The notes below the pieces were generated by a model that worked only from the letters and a program-made list of their open reading frames with translations, was not told the origin of the DNA and ran no database searches. From the NCBI GenBank assembly GCA_038087875.1, contig CM075994.1, forward strand, positions 10,790,001-10,854,000: a DNA stretch of 64,000 nucleotides. Reading direction: 5' to 3'. Positions 36,301 through 48,300 of the stretch are shown piece after piece; the first letter of the stretch is position 1; each line of letters begins with the position of its first letter. The stretch is from Malacoraja senta (taxonomy: Eukaryota). The position numbers were made by a program, and so were the translations under genes.

Positions 36301-39300
36301 GTTTACCTGTCCCGTGTGTGAAATCCGTCCCCGTTATCGGCGTTGACGCTTCAGGAGCTGCTTTTAAAATTACTCTAGCGCTGACATTGACGATTTAATA
36401 AAAATAAAAAATACACAAAACGGCACTAGGAACGATTCTTCAGCCAAAGCTTGTACTCCAACAAAATATTAACCAGGACAAGGGAGGAGAAACCCGTGTT
36501 TTAACCCCGCCCCCCCTTAAAGGCGCCAAAATCGCGCACACGGCCAGTGGCAGAATTACAGCGCGACTGAAGGTAAGTTTTGTAACATACCTATAAGATG
36601 GTGTTGAAGATTCAAGATGAAAGAATATGAAGATAAGATGGATTTCTTGAAAGAGAAGGGTATCTGTTTTGGATGTTTGAAAAAAGGACATATGGAGAGA
36701 GACTGTAAAAGTCCTATAATTTGTTATGAGTGTAAACAATATCATCCAGTAGCACTTCACATTGAAGAAGTGCTACCAGAGCACTGGGAAGAAGAAGAAC
36801 TGGAACAAATGGATGATGAGCTACCAGAGCAAATAGAGGAAGATGAACCGGAGCAAACAGAACAGGGCGAGAAGCTAATTACTAGAAATGGTATCACCTC
36901 GCCTCGAGTAACTGCTCATATTGGGGTCGGGGTAGAAGCTTTTAATTTTTCTATCTTACCAGTGCAAGTAAAGGGCCTGTCCCACGGGCAGGCGATTCCA
37001 GGCGGTAAGCGCGGCGTGGCAGGAAGTGGGGACCGCGCGGGTGCCACCATACGGCCTGTCCCACGAGCATGCGGCTAGTGCAACCTAATCAGAAGCGGTT
37101 GCTGCGCGGAGGCCGAGTGTTTACCGTACGGCCTGTCCCACGAGCATGCGAATGCATGCGGCGAGCGCGGCGTCGGGTGATGACGTCATCGCGCAACGCA
37201 ATACGCTAGCCTACTCCGTCGAGACGGTGCTCGCGGCGTCAGGCCGTTGCCGCGCGGGATTTTTGGACAGTCAGTATTTCTGAGCCCCGCGCGGGGTCGG
37301 GACCAACTACATACGGCTCCGGCGATCTGCGTGGGACCGACCCCGCGGCCCCTGCGCGGTCCCCACTTCCTGCTATGCCGCGCTTACTGCCTGGAATCGC
37401 CAGCCCGTGGGACAGGCCCTTAAGGAACAGCAAGATCAATACAGTGTTGCAAACATATGCTTTTTTGGACCACGGAAGTTTGACTACCTTTTGCACAGAA
37501 AACCTGACGAGAAGATTGAATATCACAGAAGAGACTAAGATTCGATTACGTACCATGACTAAAGAAAAAGAGAGCATGAGTCATTGCATTACGAGTATGG
37601 AGATACACAGTTTGGATGAAGATAATTTCATACCAATATCTGAAGTGTTTACGCATGGAACTATGCCTGTTGGTCGTCAAAATATACCAAGACATGAAGA
37701 CTTGAAGTAATGGCCTTACCTGAAGGATGTCAATGTATCCAAAATGAATTCTAGTGTTGATCTACTGATCGGAATGAATGTTTTGAAGGCTTTGGAACCT
37801 ATACAGATTGTTAGGAGCCAAGGCGATGGACCATATGATATGAAAACCCGACTTGGATGGGTTATCTATGGCTCCTTGAAAAGGAACCACGAAAACGAAA
37901 ATCAGATGAACTGTCCTGCCATTGCTGTCAATCAGATATCTACTGATGAATTAGAAAAGCCGGTGATGAAGCCATACAATCATGACATCAATGAAAGTAC
38001 CAGCAAGGAATCTGAAGAGATGTCGAAAGAAGAGTTGAAGTTCATGGATGTTATGAACTACTCAGTGAAAACTGACGGACACTATTGTGTGGACTTACCT
38101 TTCAAACAAGAAAGTGTTAATCTGCCGAATAATCATCGTATGGCAGAGCAAGGTACCCAGAATTTGAGACACAAGTTTGGCGAGAAGAGTAAATTTCATG
38201 AAAGAATCTCTTTAAAGAATAACTTCAGCAAGGATGATTGCTTAAAATCCATGTTAGAAGCAATTCTACCAGTAGAACATCTGACTTCTCTTTGCAATAA
38301 GGGAGGATTCACACTTTCTAAGTGGAACAGCGCCAATTGTGAAAGCATTCCACTAGATGATAGAGCCAAAGAAACCAGAGAGTTGGATTTGGACAAATAC
38401 AATCTGCCAATGGAAAGAGCATTGGGAGTTACTCATGTTGTACAACTGAAATATGTTAACACAGAAGAAAATTCTGCGAATGAAGTTTCCAGAGAACTGA
38501 CGGCGAACCGTTTCTAAAGCGATAAGAAATGGATCGATAAACTAAAATCTCCCTGCAAGCCAGACAGAGAATGGCCAAAGCTTGAGCTGGGTTTTGAAAT
38601 CTCTGCTAATGATCCGGACATTAAATAAAACTTAACGGTGAACTTTATTGTTAAAGATCTTTTGAAGGATATTCATATTTCAACATTGCTGTTACAACAC
38701 ATCCATGAGTTGATTGGACATGGAGGAAGACGTTTCATGCTGTCAAAGCTTTGGACTATTATGCTTTGGACTATTAAGTTTTGGACTATATATTGGGTAT
38801 CATGCCTGATTTTAAGGGTTTGGTATGCACGGTACGACTCTGAATTAAAACCGGTGTTTTAATAAGATTAATAACCTAGTTGCGCTTGCTTCTAGAAGGC
38901 GAAAGTGAAGCCAGAAGAATCGATGAAGAATTCTGATTGCAGATATATAGGGCATGCTAATTTTTTCCTCGTTAGTATAGTGGTTAGTATCCCCGCCTGT
39001 CATGCAGTAGACCGGGGTTCAATTTCCCAACCAGGAGCCACGGGGTTTTATTCCCTGACCTTTTGATATATGTTAAGCCTTTAGGGCCACTTTTTTGATG
39101 TTTATTAGTAATTGCCTCGTTATATACTCGGAACAATTAGGGGCCGTTATGTAGTGGCCATTTAGCCTGTTTTGCATGTCATTAAGGATGGCATGTGCCT
39201 TTAAATTTTAGACTGCCCATTATATTGTGGGTGGGATTTATGATGTGTTTTGGGGCGTGTTTGGAGCTTAGATGCTTGTGCAGAAGTTTAGTTTTTAGAT

Positions 39301-42300
39301 TAGTTTGGAGAGACGATGGGGAAGGTTAACCCTTCCATCATGCGGGATCATGCGGGCCATGGAGGGTCCATGCGAGAACTAAAGGAGATCATTCCAGGAA
39401 GTGCGGACACTTTTGAAAAATATGAAAACGGATAAGCCTACAGGTCCTGACAGGATATTGCCTAGGACATTGAGGGAAGTTAGTGTAGAAATAGCAGGGG
39501 CTATGACAGAAATATTTCAAATGTCATTAGAAACGGGAATAGTGCCGGAGGATTTGCGTACTGCGCATGTTGTTCCGTTGTTTAAAAAGGGTTCTAAGAG
39601 TAAACCTAGCAATTATAGACCTGTTAGTTTGACGTCAGTGGTGGGCAAATTAATGGAAAGGATACTTAAAGATAATATATATAAGCATCTGGATAAGCAG
39701 GGTCTGATTAGGAACAGTCAACATGGATTTGTGCCTGGAAGGTCATGCTTGACTAATCTTCTTGAATTTTTCGAAGAGGTTACTAGGGAAATTGATGAGG
39801 GTAAAGCAGTGGATGTTGTCTATATGGACTTCAGTAAGGCCTTTGACAAGGTTCCTCATGGAAGGTTGGTTAAGAAGATTCAATTGTTGGGTATTAATGG
39901 TGGAGTAGCAAGATGGATTCAACAGTGGCTGAATGGGAGATGCCAGAGAGTAATGGTGGATGGCTGTTTGTCAGGTTGGAGGCCGGTGACTAGTGGGGTG
40001 CCTCAGGGGTCTGTGTTGGGTCCACTGTTGTTTGTCATGTACATCAATGATCTGGATGATGGTGTGGAAAATTGGATTAGTAAGTATGCAGATGATACTA
40101 AGATAGGTGGTGTTGTGGATAATAAAGTAGATTTTCAAAGTCTACAGAGAGATTTAGGACATTTGGAAGAGTGGGCTGAAAGATGGCACATGGAGTTTAA
40201 TGCTGACAAATGTGAGGTGCTACATCTCGGCAGGACAAATCAAAATAGGACGTACATGGTAAATGGTAGCGAATTGAGGAATGCAGTTGAACAGAGGGAT
40301 CTAGGAATAACTGTGCATAGTTCTCTGAAGGTGGAATCTCATGTACATAGGGTGGTAAAGAAAGCTTTTGGTGTGCTGACCTTTATAAATCAGAGCATTG
40401 AATATAGAAGTTGGGATGTAATGTTAAAATTGTACAAGGCATTGGTGAGGCCAATTCTGGAGTATGGAGTACAATTTTGGTCGCCTAATTATAGGAAGGA
40501 TGTCAACAAAATAGAGAGAGTACAGAGGAGATTTACTAGAATGTTGCCTGGGTTTCAGCAACTAAGTTACAGAGAAAGGTTGAACAAGTTAGGTCTTTAT
40601 TCTTTGGAGTGCAGAAGGTTACTTTGAGGTAACTTTGAGGGTATGAGAAGTGAATTGGCCAAGACAGACTGGCAATTGATTCTTAATGGGTTGACGGTAG
40701 ATATGCAATGGAAGGCATTTAAAGACTGCATGGATGAACTACAACAATTGTTCATCCCAGTTTGGCAAAAAAATAAATCAGGGAAGGTAGTGCATCCATG
40801 GATAACAAGGGAAATCAGGGATAGTATCAAAGCAAAAGATGAAGCGTACAAATTAGCCAGAAAAAGCAGCCTACCAGAGGACTGGGAGAAATTCAGAGTC
40901 CAGCAGAGGAGGATAAAGGGCTTAATTAGGAAAGGGAAAATAGATTATGAAAGAAAACTGGCAGGGAACACAAAAACTGACTGCAAAAGTTTTTATAGAT
41001 ATGTGAAGAGAAAAAGATTAGTTAAAACAAATGTAGGTCCCTTGCAGTCAGAAACAGGTGAATTGATCATGGGGAACAAGGACATGGCAGAACAATTGAA
41101 TAACTACTTTGGTTCTGTCTTCACTATGGAAGACATAAATAATCTGCCGGAAATAGCAGGGGACCGCGGGGTCAAATGAGATGGAGGAACTGAGTGAAAT
41201 CCAGGTTAGCCGGGAAGTGGTGTTAGGTAAATTGAATGGATTAAAGGCCGATAAATCCCCAGGGCCAGATAGGCTGCATCCCAGAGTACTTAAGGAAGTA
41301 GCCCCAGAAATAGTGGATGCATTAGTGATAATTTTTCAAAACTCTTTAGATTCTGGAGTAGTTCCTGAGGATTGGAGGGTAGCTAATGTAACCCCACTTT
41401 TTAAAAAGGGAGGGAGAGAGAAAACGGGGAATTACAGACCAGTTAGTCTAACGTCGGTAGTGGGGAAACTGGAGAATCAGTTATTAAAGATGGGATAGCA
41501 GCACATTTGGAATGTGGTGAAATCATTGGACAAAGTCAGCATGGATCCAGGCGGTGCTCGCGGCGTCAGGCCGTTGCCGCACGGGATTTTTGGACAGTCA
41601 GTATTTCTGAGCCCCGCGCGGGGTCGGGACCAACTACATACGGCTCCGGCGATCTGCGTGGGACCGACCCCGCGGCCCCTTGCGCGGTCCCCACTTCCTG
41701 CTACGCCGCACTTACTGCCTGGAATCGCCAGCCCGTGGGACAGGCCCTTAAGGAACAGCAAGATGAATACAGTGTTGCAAACATATGCTGTTTTGGACCA
41801 CGGAAGTTTGACTACCTTTTGCACAGAAAACCTGACGAGAAGATTGAATATCACAGAAGAGACTAAGATTCGATTACGTACCATGACTAAAGAAAAAGAG
41901 AGCATGAGTCATTGCATTACGAGTATGGAGATACACAGTTTGGATGAAGATAATTTCATACCTATATCTGAAGTGTTTACGCATGGAACTATGCCTGTTG
42001 GTCGTCAAAATATACCAAGACATGAAGACTTGAAGTAATGGCCTTACCTGAAGGATGTCAATGTATCCAAAATGAATTCTAGTGTTGATCTACTGATCGG
42101 AATGAATGTTTTGAAGGCTTTGGAACCTATACAGATTGTTAGGAGCCAAGGCGATGGACCATATGATATGAAAACCCGACTTGGATGGGTTATCTATGGC
42201 TCCTTGAAAAGGAACCACGAAAACGAAAATCAGATGAACTGTCCTGCCATTGCTGTCAATCAGATATCTACTGATGAATTAGAAAAGCCGGTGATGAAGC

Positions 42301-45300
42301 CATACAATCATGACATCAATGAAAGTACCAGCAAGGAATCTGAAGAGATGTCGAAAGAAGAGTTGAAGTTCATGGATGTTATGAACTACTCAGTGAAAAC
42401 TGACGGACACTATTGTGTGGACTTACCTTTCAAACAAGAAAGTGTTAATCTGCCGAATAATCATCGTATGGCAGAGCAAGGTACCCAGAATTGGAGACAC
42501 AAGTTTGGTGAGAAGAGTACATTTCATGAAAGAAGAATCTCTTAGAAGAATAACTTCTACAAGGATGATTGCTTAAAATCCATGTTAGAAGCAATTCTAC
42601 CAGTAGAACATCTGACTTCTCTTTGCAATAAGGGAGGATTCACACTTTCTAAGTGGAACAGCGCCAATTGTGAAAGCATTCCACTAGATGATAGAGCCAA
42701 AGAAACCAGAGAGTTGGATTTGGACAAATACAATCTGCCAATGGAAAGAGCATTGGGAGTTACTCATGTTGTACAACTGAAATATGTTAACACAGAAGAA
42801 AATTCTGCGAATGAAGTTTCCAGAGAACTGACGGCGAACCGTTTCTAAAGCGATAAGAAATGGATCGATAAACTAAAATCTCCCTGCAAGCCAGACAGAG
42901 AATGGCCAAAGCTTGAGCTGGGTTTTGAAATCTCTGCTAATGATCCGGACATTAAATAAAACTTAACGGTGAACTTTATTGTTAAAGATCTTTTGAAGGA
43001 TATTCATATTTCAACATTGCTGTTACAACACATCCATGAGTTGATTGGACATGGAGGAAGACGTTTCATGCTGTCAAAGCTTTGGACTATTATGCTTTGG
43101 ACTATTAAGTTTTGGACTATATATTGGGTATCATGCCTGATTTTAAGGGTTTGGTATGCACGGTACGACTCTGAATTAAAACCAGTGTTTTAATAAGATT
43201 AATAACCTAGTTGTGCTTGCTTCTAGAAGGCGAAAGTGAAGCCAGAAGAATCGATGAAGAATTCTGATTGCAGATATATAGGGCATGCTAATTTTTTCCT
43301 CGTTAGTATAGTGGTTAGTATCCCCGCCTGTCATGCAGTAGACCGGGGTTCAATTTCCCAACCAGGAGACACGGGGTTTTATTCCCTGACCTTTTGATAC
43401 ATGTTAAGCCTTTAGGGCCACTTTTTTGATGTTTATTAGTAATTGCCTCGTTATATACTCGGAACAATTAGGGGCCGTTATTTAGCCTGTTTTGCATGTC
43501 ATTAAGGATGGCATGTGCCTTTAAATTTTAGACTGCCCATTATATTGTGGGTGGGATTTATGATGTGTTTTGGGGCGTGTTTGGAGCTTAGATGCTTGCG
43601 CAGGTTTAGTTTTTAGATTAGTTTGGAGAGACGATGGGGAAGGTTAACCCTTCCATCATGCGGGATCATGCGGGCCATGGAGGGTCCATGCGAGAACTAA
43701 AGGAGATCATTCCAGGAAGTGCGGACACTTTTGAAAAATATGAAAACGGATAAGCCTACAGGTCCTGACAGGATATTGCCTAGGACATTGAGGGAAGTTA
43801 GTGTAGAAATAGCAGGGGCTATGACAGAAATATTTCAAATGTCATTAGAAACGGAAATAGTGCCGGAGGATTGGCGTACTGCGCATGTTGTTCCGTTGTT
43901 TAAAAAGGGTTCGAAGAGTAAACCTAGCAATTATAGACCTGTTAGTTTGACGTCAGTGGTGGGCAAATTAATGGAAAGGATACTTAAAGATAATATATAT
44001 AAGCATCTGGATAAGCAGGGTCTGATTAGGAACAGTCAACATGGATTTGTGCCTGGAAGGTCATGCTTGACTAATCTTCTTGAATTTTTTGAAGAGGTTA
44101 CTAGGGAAATTGATTTGGGTAAAGCAGTGGATGTTGTCTATATGGACTTCAGTAAGGCCTTTGACAAGGTTCCTCATGGAAGGTTGGTTAAGAAGATTCA
44201 ATTGTTGGGTATTAATGGTGGAGTAGCAAGATGGATTCAACAGTGGCTGAATGGGAGATGCCAGAGAGTAATGGTGGATGGCTGTTTGTCAGGTTGGAGG
44301 CCGGTGACTAGTGGGGTGCCTCAGGGGTCTGTGTTGGGTCCACTGTTGTTTGTCATGTACATCAATGATCTGGATGATGGTGTGGAAAATTGGATTAGTA
44401 AGTATGCAGATGATACTAAGATAGGTGGTGTTGTGGATAATAAAGTAGATTTTCAAAGTCTACAGAGAGATTTAGGACATTTGGAAGAGTGGGCTGAAAG
44501 ATGGCACATGGAGTTTAATGCTGACAAATGTGAGGTGCTACATCTCGGCAGGACAAATCAAAATAGGACGTACATGGTAAATGGTAGCGAATTGAGGAAT
44601 GCAGTTGAACAGAGGGATCTAGGAATAACTGTGCATAGTTCTCTGAAGGTGGAATCTCATGTACATAGGGTGGTAAAGAAAGCTTTTGGTGTGCTGACCT
44701 TTATAAATCAGAGCATTGAATATAGAAGTTGGGATGTAATGTTAAAATTGTACAAGGCATTGGTGAGGCCAATTCTGGAGTATGGAGTACAATTTTGGTC
44801 GCCTAATTATAGGAAGGATGTCAACAAAATAGAGAGAGTACAGAGGAGATTTACTAGAATGTTGCCTGGGTTTCAGCAACTAAGTTACAGAGAAAGGTTG
44901 AACAAGTTAGGTCTTTATTCTTTGGAGTGCAGAAGGTTACTTTGAGGTAACTTTGAGGGTATGAGAAGTGAATTGGCCAAGACAGACTGGCAATTGATTC
45001 TTAATGGGTTGACGGTAGATATGCAATGGAAGGCATTTAAAGACTGCATGGATGAACTACAACAATTGTTCATCCCAGTTTGGCAAAAAAATAAATCAGG
45101 GAAGGTAGTGCATCCATGGATAACAAGGGAAATCAGGGATAGTATCAAAGCAAAAGATGAAGCGTACAAATTAGCCAGAAAAAGCAGCCTACCAGAGGAC
45201 TGGGAGAAATTCAGAGTCCAGCAGAGGAGGATAAAGGGCTTAATTAGGAAAGGGAAAATAGATTATGAAAGAAAACTGGCAGGGAACACAAAAACTGACT

Positions 45301-48300
45301 GCAAAAGTTTTTATAGATATGTGAAGAGAAAAAGATTAGTTAAAACAAATGTAGGTCCCTTGCAGTCAGAAACAGGTGAATTGATCATGGGGAACAAGGA
45401 CATGGCAGAACAATTGAATAACTACTTTGGTTCTGTCTTCACTAAGGAAGACATAAATAATCTGCCGGAAATAGCAGGGGACCGCGGGTCAAATGAGATG
45501 GAGGAACTGAGTGAAATCCAGGTTAGCCGGGAAGTGGTGTTAGGTAAATTGAATGGATTAAAGGCCGATAAATCCCCAGGGCCAGATAGGCTGCATCCCA
45601 GAGTACTTAAGGAAGTAGCCCCAGAAATAGTGGATGCATCAGTGATAATTTTTCAAAACTCTTTAGATTCTGGAGTAGTTCCTGAGGATTGGAGGGTAGC
45701 TAATGTAACCCCACTTTTTAAAAAGGGAGATAGATAAAATGGGGAATAACAGACCAGTTAGTCTAACGTCGGTAGTGGGGAAACTGGAGAATCAGTTATT
45801 AAAGATGGGATAGCAGCACATTTGGAATGTGGTGAAATCATTGGACAAAGTCAGCATGGATTTATGAAAGGTAAATCATGTCTGACGAATCTTATAGAAT
45901 TTTTCTAGGATGTAACTAGTAGAGTGGATAAGGGAGAACCAGTGGATGTGTTATATCTGGACTTTCAGAAGGCTTTCGACAAGGTCCCACATAAGAGATT
46001 AGTATACAAACTTAAAGCACACGGTATTGGGGGTTCAGTATTGATGTGGATAGAGAACTGGCTGGCAGACAGGAAGCAAAGAGTAGGAGTAAACGGGTCC
46101 TTTTCACAATGGCAGGCAGTGACTAGTGGGGCACCGCAAGGCTCAGTGCTGAGACCCCAGCTATTTACGATATATATTAATGATTTGGACGAGGGAATTG
46201 AATGCAACATCTCCAAGTTTGCGGATGACACGAAGCTGGGGGGCTGTGTTAGCTGTGAGGATGCTCGAAGGCTGCAAGGTGACTTGGATAGGCTGGGTGA
46301 GTGGGCAAATGCATGGCAGATGCAGTATAATGTGGATAAATGTGAGGTTATCCACTTTGGTGGCAAAAACAGGAAAGTAGACTATTATCTGAATGGTGGC
46401 CGATTAGGAAAAGGGGAGATGCAACGAGACCTGGGTGTCATGGTACACCAGCCACTAAAAGTAGGCATGCAGGTGCAGCAGGCAGTGAAGAAGGCGAATG
46501 GTATGTTAGCATACATAGCAAAAGGATTTGAGTATAGGAGCAGGGAGGTTCTACTGCAGTTGTACAGGGTCTTGGTGAGACCACACCTGGAGTATTGCGT
46601 ACAGTTTTGGTCTCCTAATCTGAGGAAAGACATTCTTGCCATAGAGGGAGTACAGAGAAGGTCCGAATGGCCTACTCCTGCACCTATTTTCTTGTTTCTA
46701 TGTTTCTATGTTAAGAGGGGACTTGATAGAGGTCTCTAAAATTATGAGCGGGTTAGACAGAATGGACGTGGATAAGCTTTTCCCATTGAGAGTAGGGAAG
46801 ATTCAAACAAGGGGACATGACTTGAGAATTAAGGGCCAGAAGTTTAGGGGTAACATTAGGGGGAACTTCTTTATTCAGAGAGTGGTAGCTGTGTGGAATG
46901 AGCTTCCAGTGGAAGTGGTGGAGGCAGGTTCGATGTTATCCTTTAAAAATAGATTGGATGGGTATATGGACGGGAAAGGAATGGAGGGTTATGGTCTGAG
47001 TGCAGGTAGATGGGACTAGGGGGAAGTAAAAAAAAAGAAAAAAAAAAGTGTTCGGCACGGACTTGAAGGGCCGAGATGGCCTGTTTCCGTGCTGTTATGG
47101 TTATATGGTTATATATATGTTACGGAGACACGAGGAGTTTTCTAATGTCTAAAGTAATAAGCTGGAGTTCGATGAAGATTGTAGTAACGACTCGTAAGAA
47201 ATTTGGATGTATTTGGATAGATCTCACAAGGACCCCCCATGTCCCGCGTGGATAAGACGAAGGAGATGGTGATTGATTTCAGGAGGGCTGGCAAACACCA
47301 TCATACACCGCTGCACAATTGGCGGTGCAACTGTGGAGAGGGTCAGCAGCGTGCAGTTCCAGGGAGTTCACCTAGCGGACGACCTAACCTCAACGACCAA
47401 CACCACAGCAGTCATCAAAAGAGCACAGCAGTGGCTCCACCCCCTCCGGAGACTCAGAAAAGCAGGTCGCCCCACATTTCACCTTACCACCTTCTACAGG
47501 GGCACCATTGAAAGCATACTGACCTACGGCATCACTTCCTGGTTTGGGAGCTGCAAGGCTTACGAACAAAGACAGCTAAACAGGATAGTGAAGACAGCCA
47601 GTAGGATCATTGGTGCCCCCCTCCCTTTCCTTTTGGAGTTCTACCAGAAGCGCTGCATCCGCAGAGCCACCTCCATCATTAAGGACCCTTACCACCCCTC
47701 CCACTACATCTTCTCCATTCTGCCATCTGGGAAGAGGTACAGGCGTATCAGCTGCAGAACCAGCAGGATGCTAAACAGCTTCTTCCCACAAGCAATAAAA
47801 ATTGTCCCCTCCCCAAACACATACACCCGCACATCTAACCTCGCCCAACACCTTGACAGCTAGACACCTGTCAAGGTAAAGTCACTGAACAGCACCTTGA
47901 AATTGTTCCTATTTTAGGGATCGATTGTTCGGTTTGAACGTCTGTTTTAGTTCCATTTTAGGTCTATTTTAGAGATGATCATTTTTAACTTGTAAGTATT
48001 TATTTCTGTTTTTATTAATTGCACTGACAAAAACTGATGAGAATTTTTCGTTTCTTCTGTGTATGGTGAAATGACAATAAAGTGAATACTGATCTTACTG
48101 CTTTCTATCAGCAATAAAGCATTTATTCATCAAAAGACTGTGTTTTGAAGCCATATCTGTGAAGAAGTTCTGAAGGTCTCTGTGAGTGAGCTCGCATGCG
48201 TTTCAAAGACACCCCCTTCAACCATTCTCATCCATTTAGTGGCTAGAGTGCTAATTACCTGAAAGATATGAAAATCTGCTGCGACACTGGGACCGCAGCT

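Larger units (their letters stand above)
31868..36960 (+). pseudogene. BEL gag (DUF1759-like capsid region plus zinc knuckles), disrupted
   Basis: ORFs 31868-32392, 32292-32762, 35121-35498 and 36617-37078, with stops, frameshifts and two large insertions. Confidence 0.8.
37225..45861 (+). repeat. 4.3-kb tandem duplication (37225-41546 and 41552-45861)
   Basis: Near-identical paired ORFs (38638/42969, 39401/43719, 40643/44961); junction CATGGAT-CCAGG-CGGTGCTCGC. Confidence 0.92.
39398..47117 (+). mobile_element. CR1 subfamily b in the 3' LTR (39398-40621, duplicate 43716-44940, 3' end 46710-47117)
   Basis: 408-aa RT ORFs; continuation LRGDLIEV...GLSAGRWD*; (GGTTATAT)n tail; LTR resumes TGTTACGGAGAC at 47118. 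Confidence 0.88.
27193..48286 (+). mobile_element. BEL/Pao LTR retrotransposon, internally deleted and heavily interrupted
   Basis: TG...CA ends (TGTAGCGGC.../...GCTGCGACA); 5-bp TSD CTGGG (27188-27192, 48287-48291); DUF1759-type gag ([11 protein letters not shown]...[11 protein letters not shown]), CCHC knuckles ([14 protein letters not shown]), protease ([15 protein letters not shown]), remnants of RT, RNase H and integrase. Confidence 0.9.

Noticed and set aside
38751..38790. Three spaced TTGGACTAT repeats (also CATGCG repeats in the LTR)
   Set aside because: Short slippage duplications within the retrotransposon; not a CRISPR-like array.
38966..39037. Functional host tRNA-Asp gene
   Set aside because: Substitutions disrupt pairing in the acceptor and anticodon stems, and it lies within a retroelement; reported as tRNA-derived instead.
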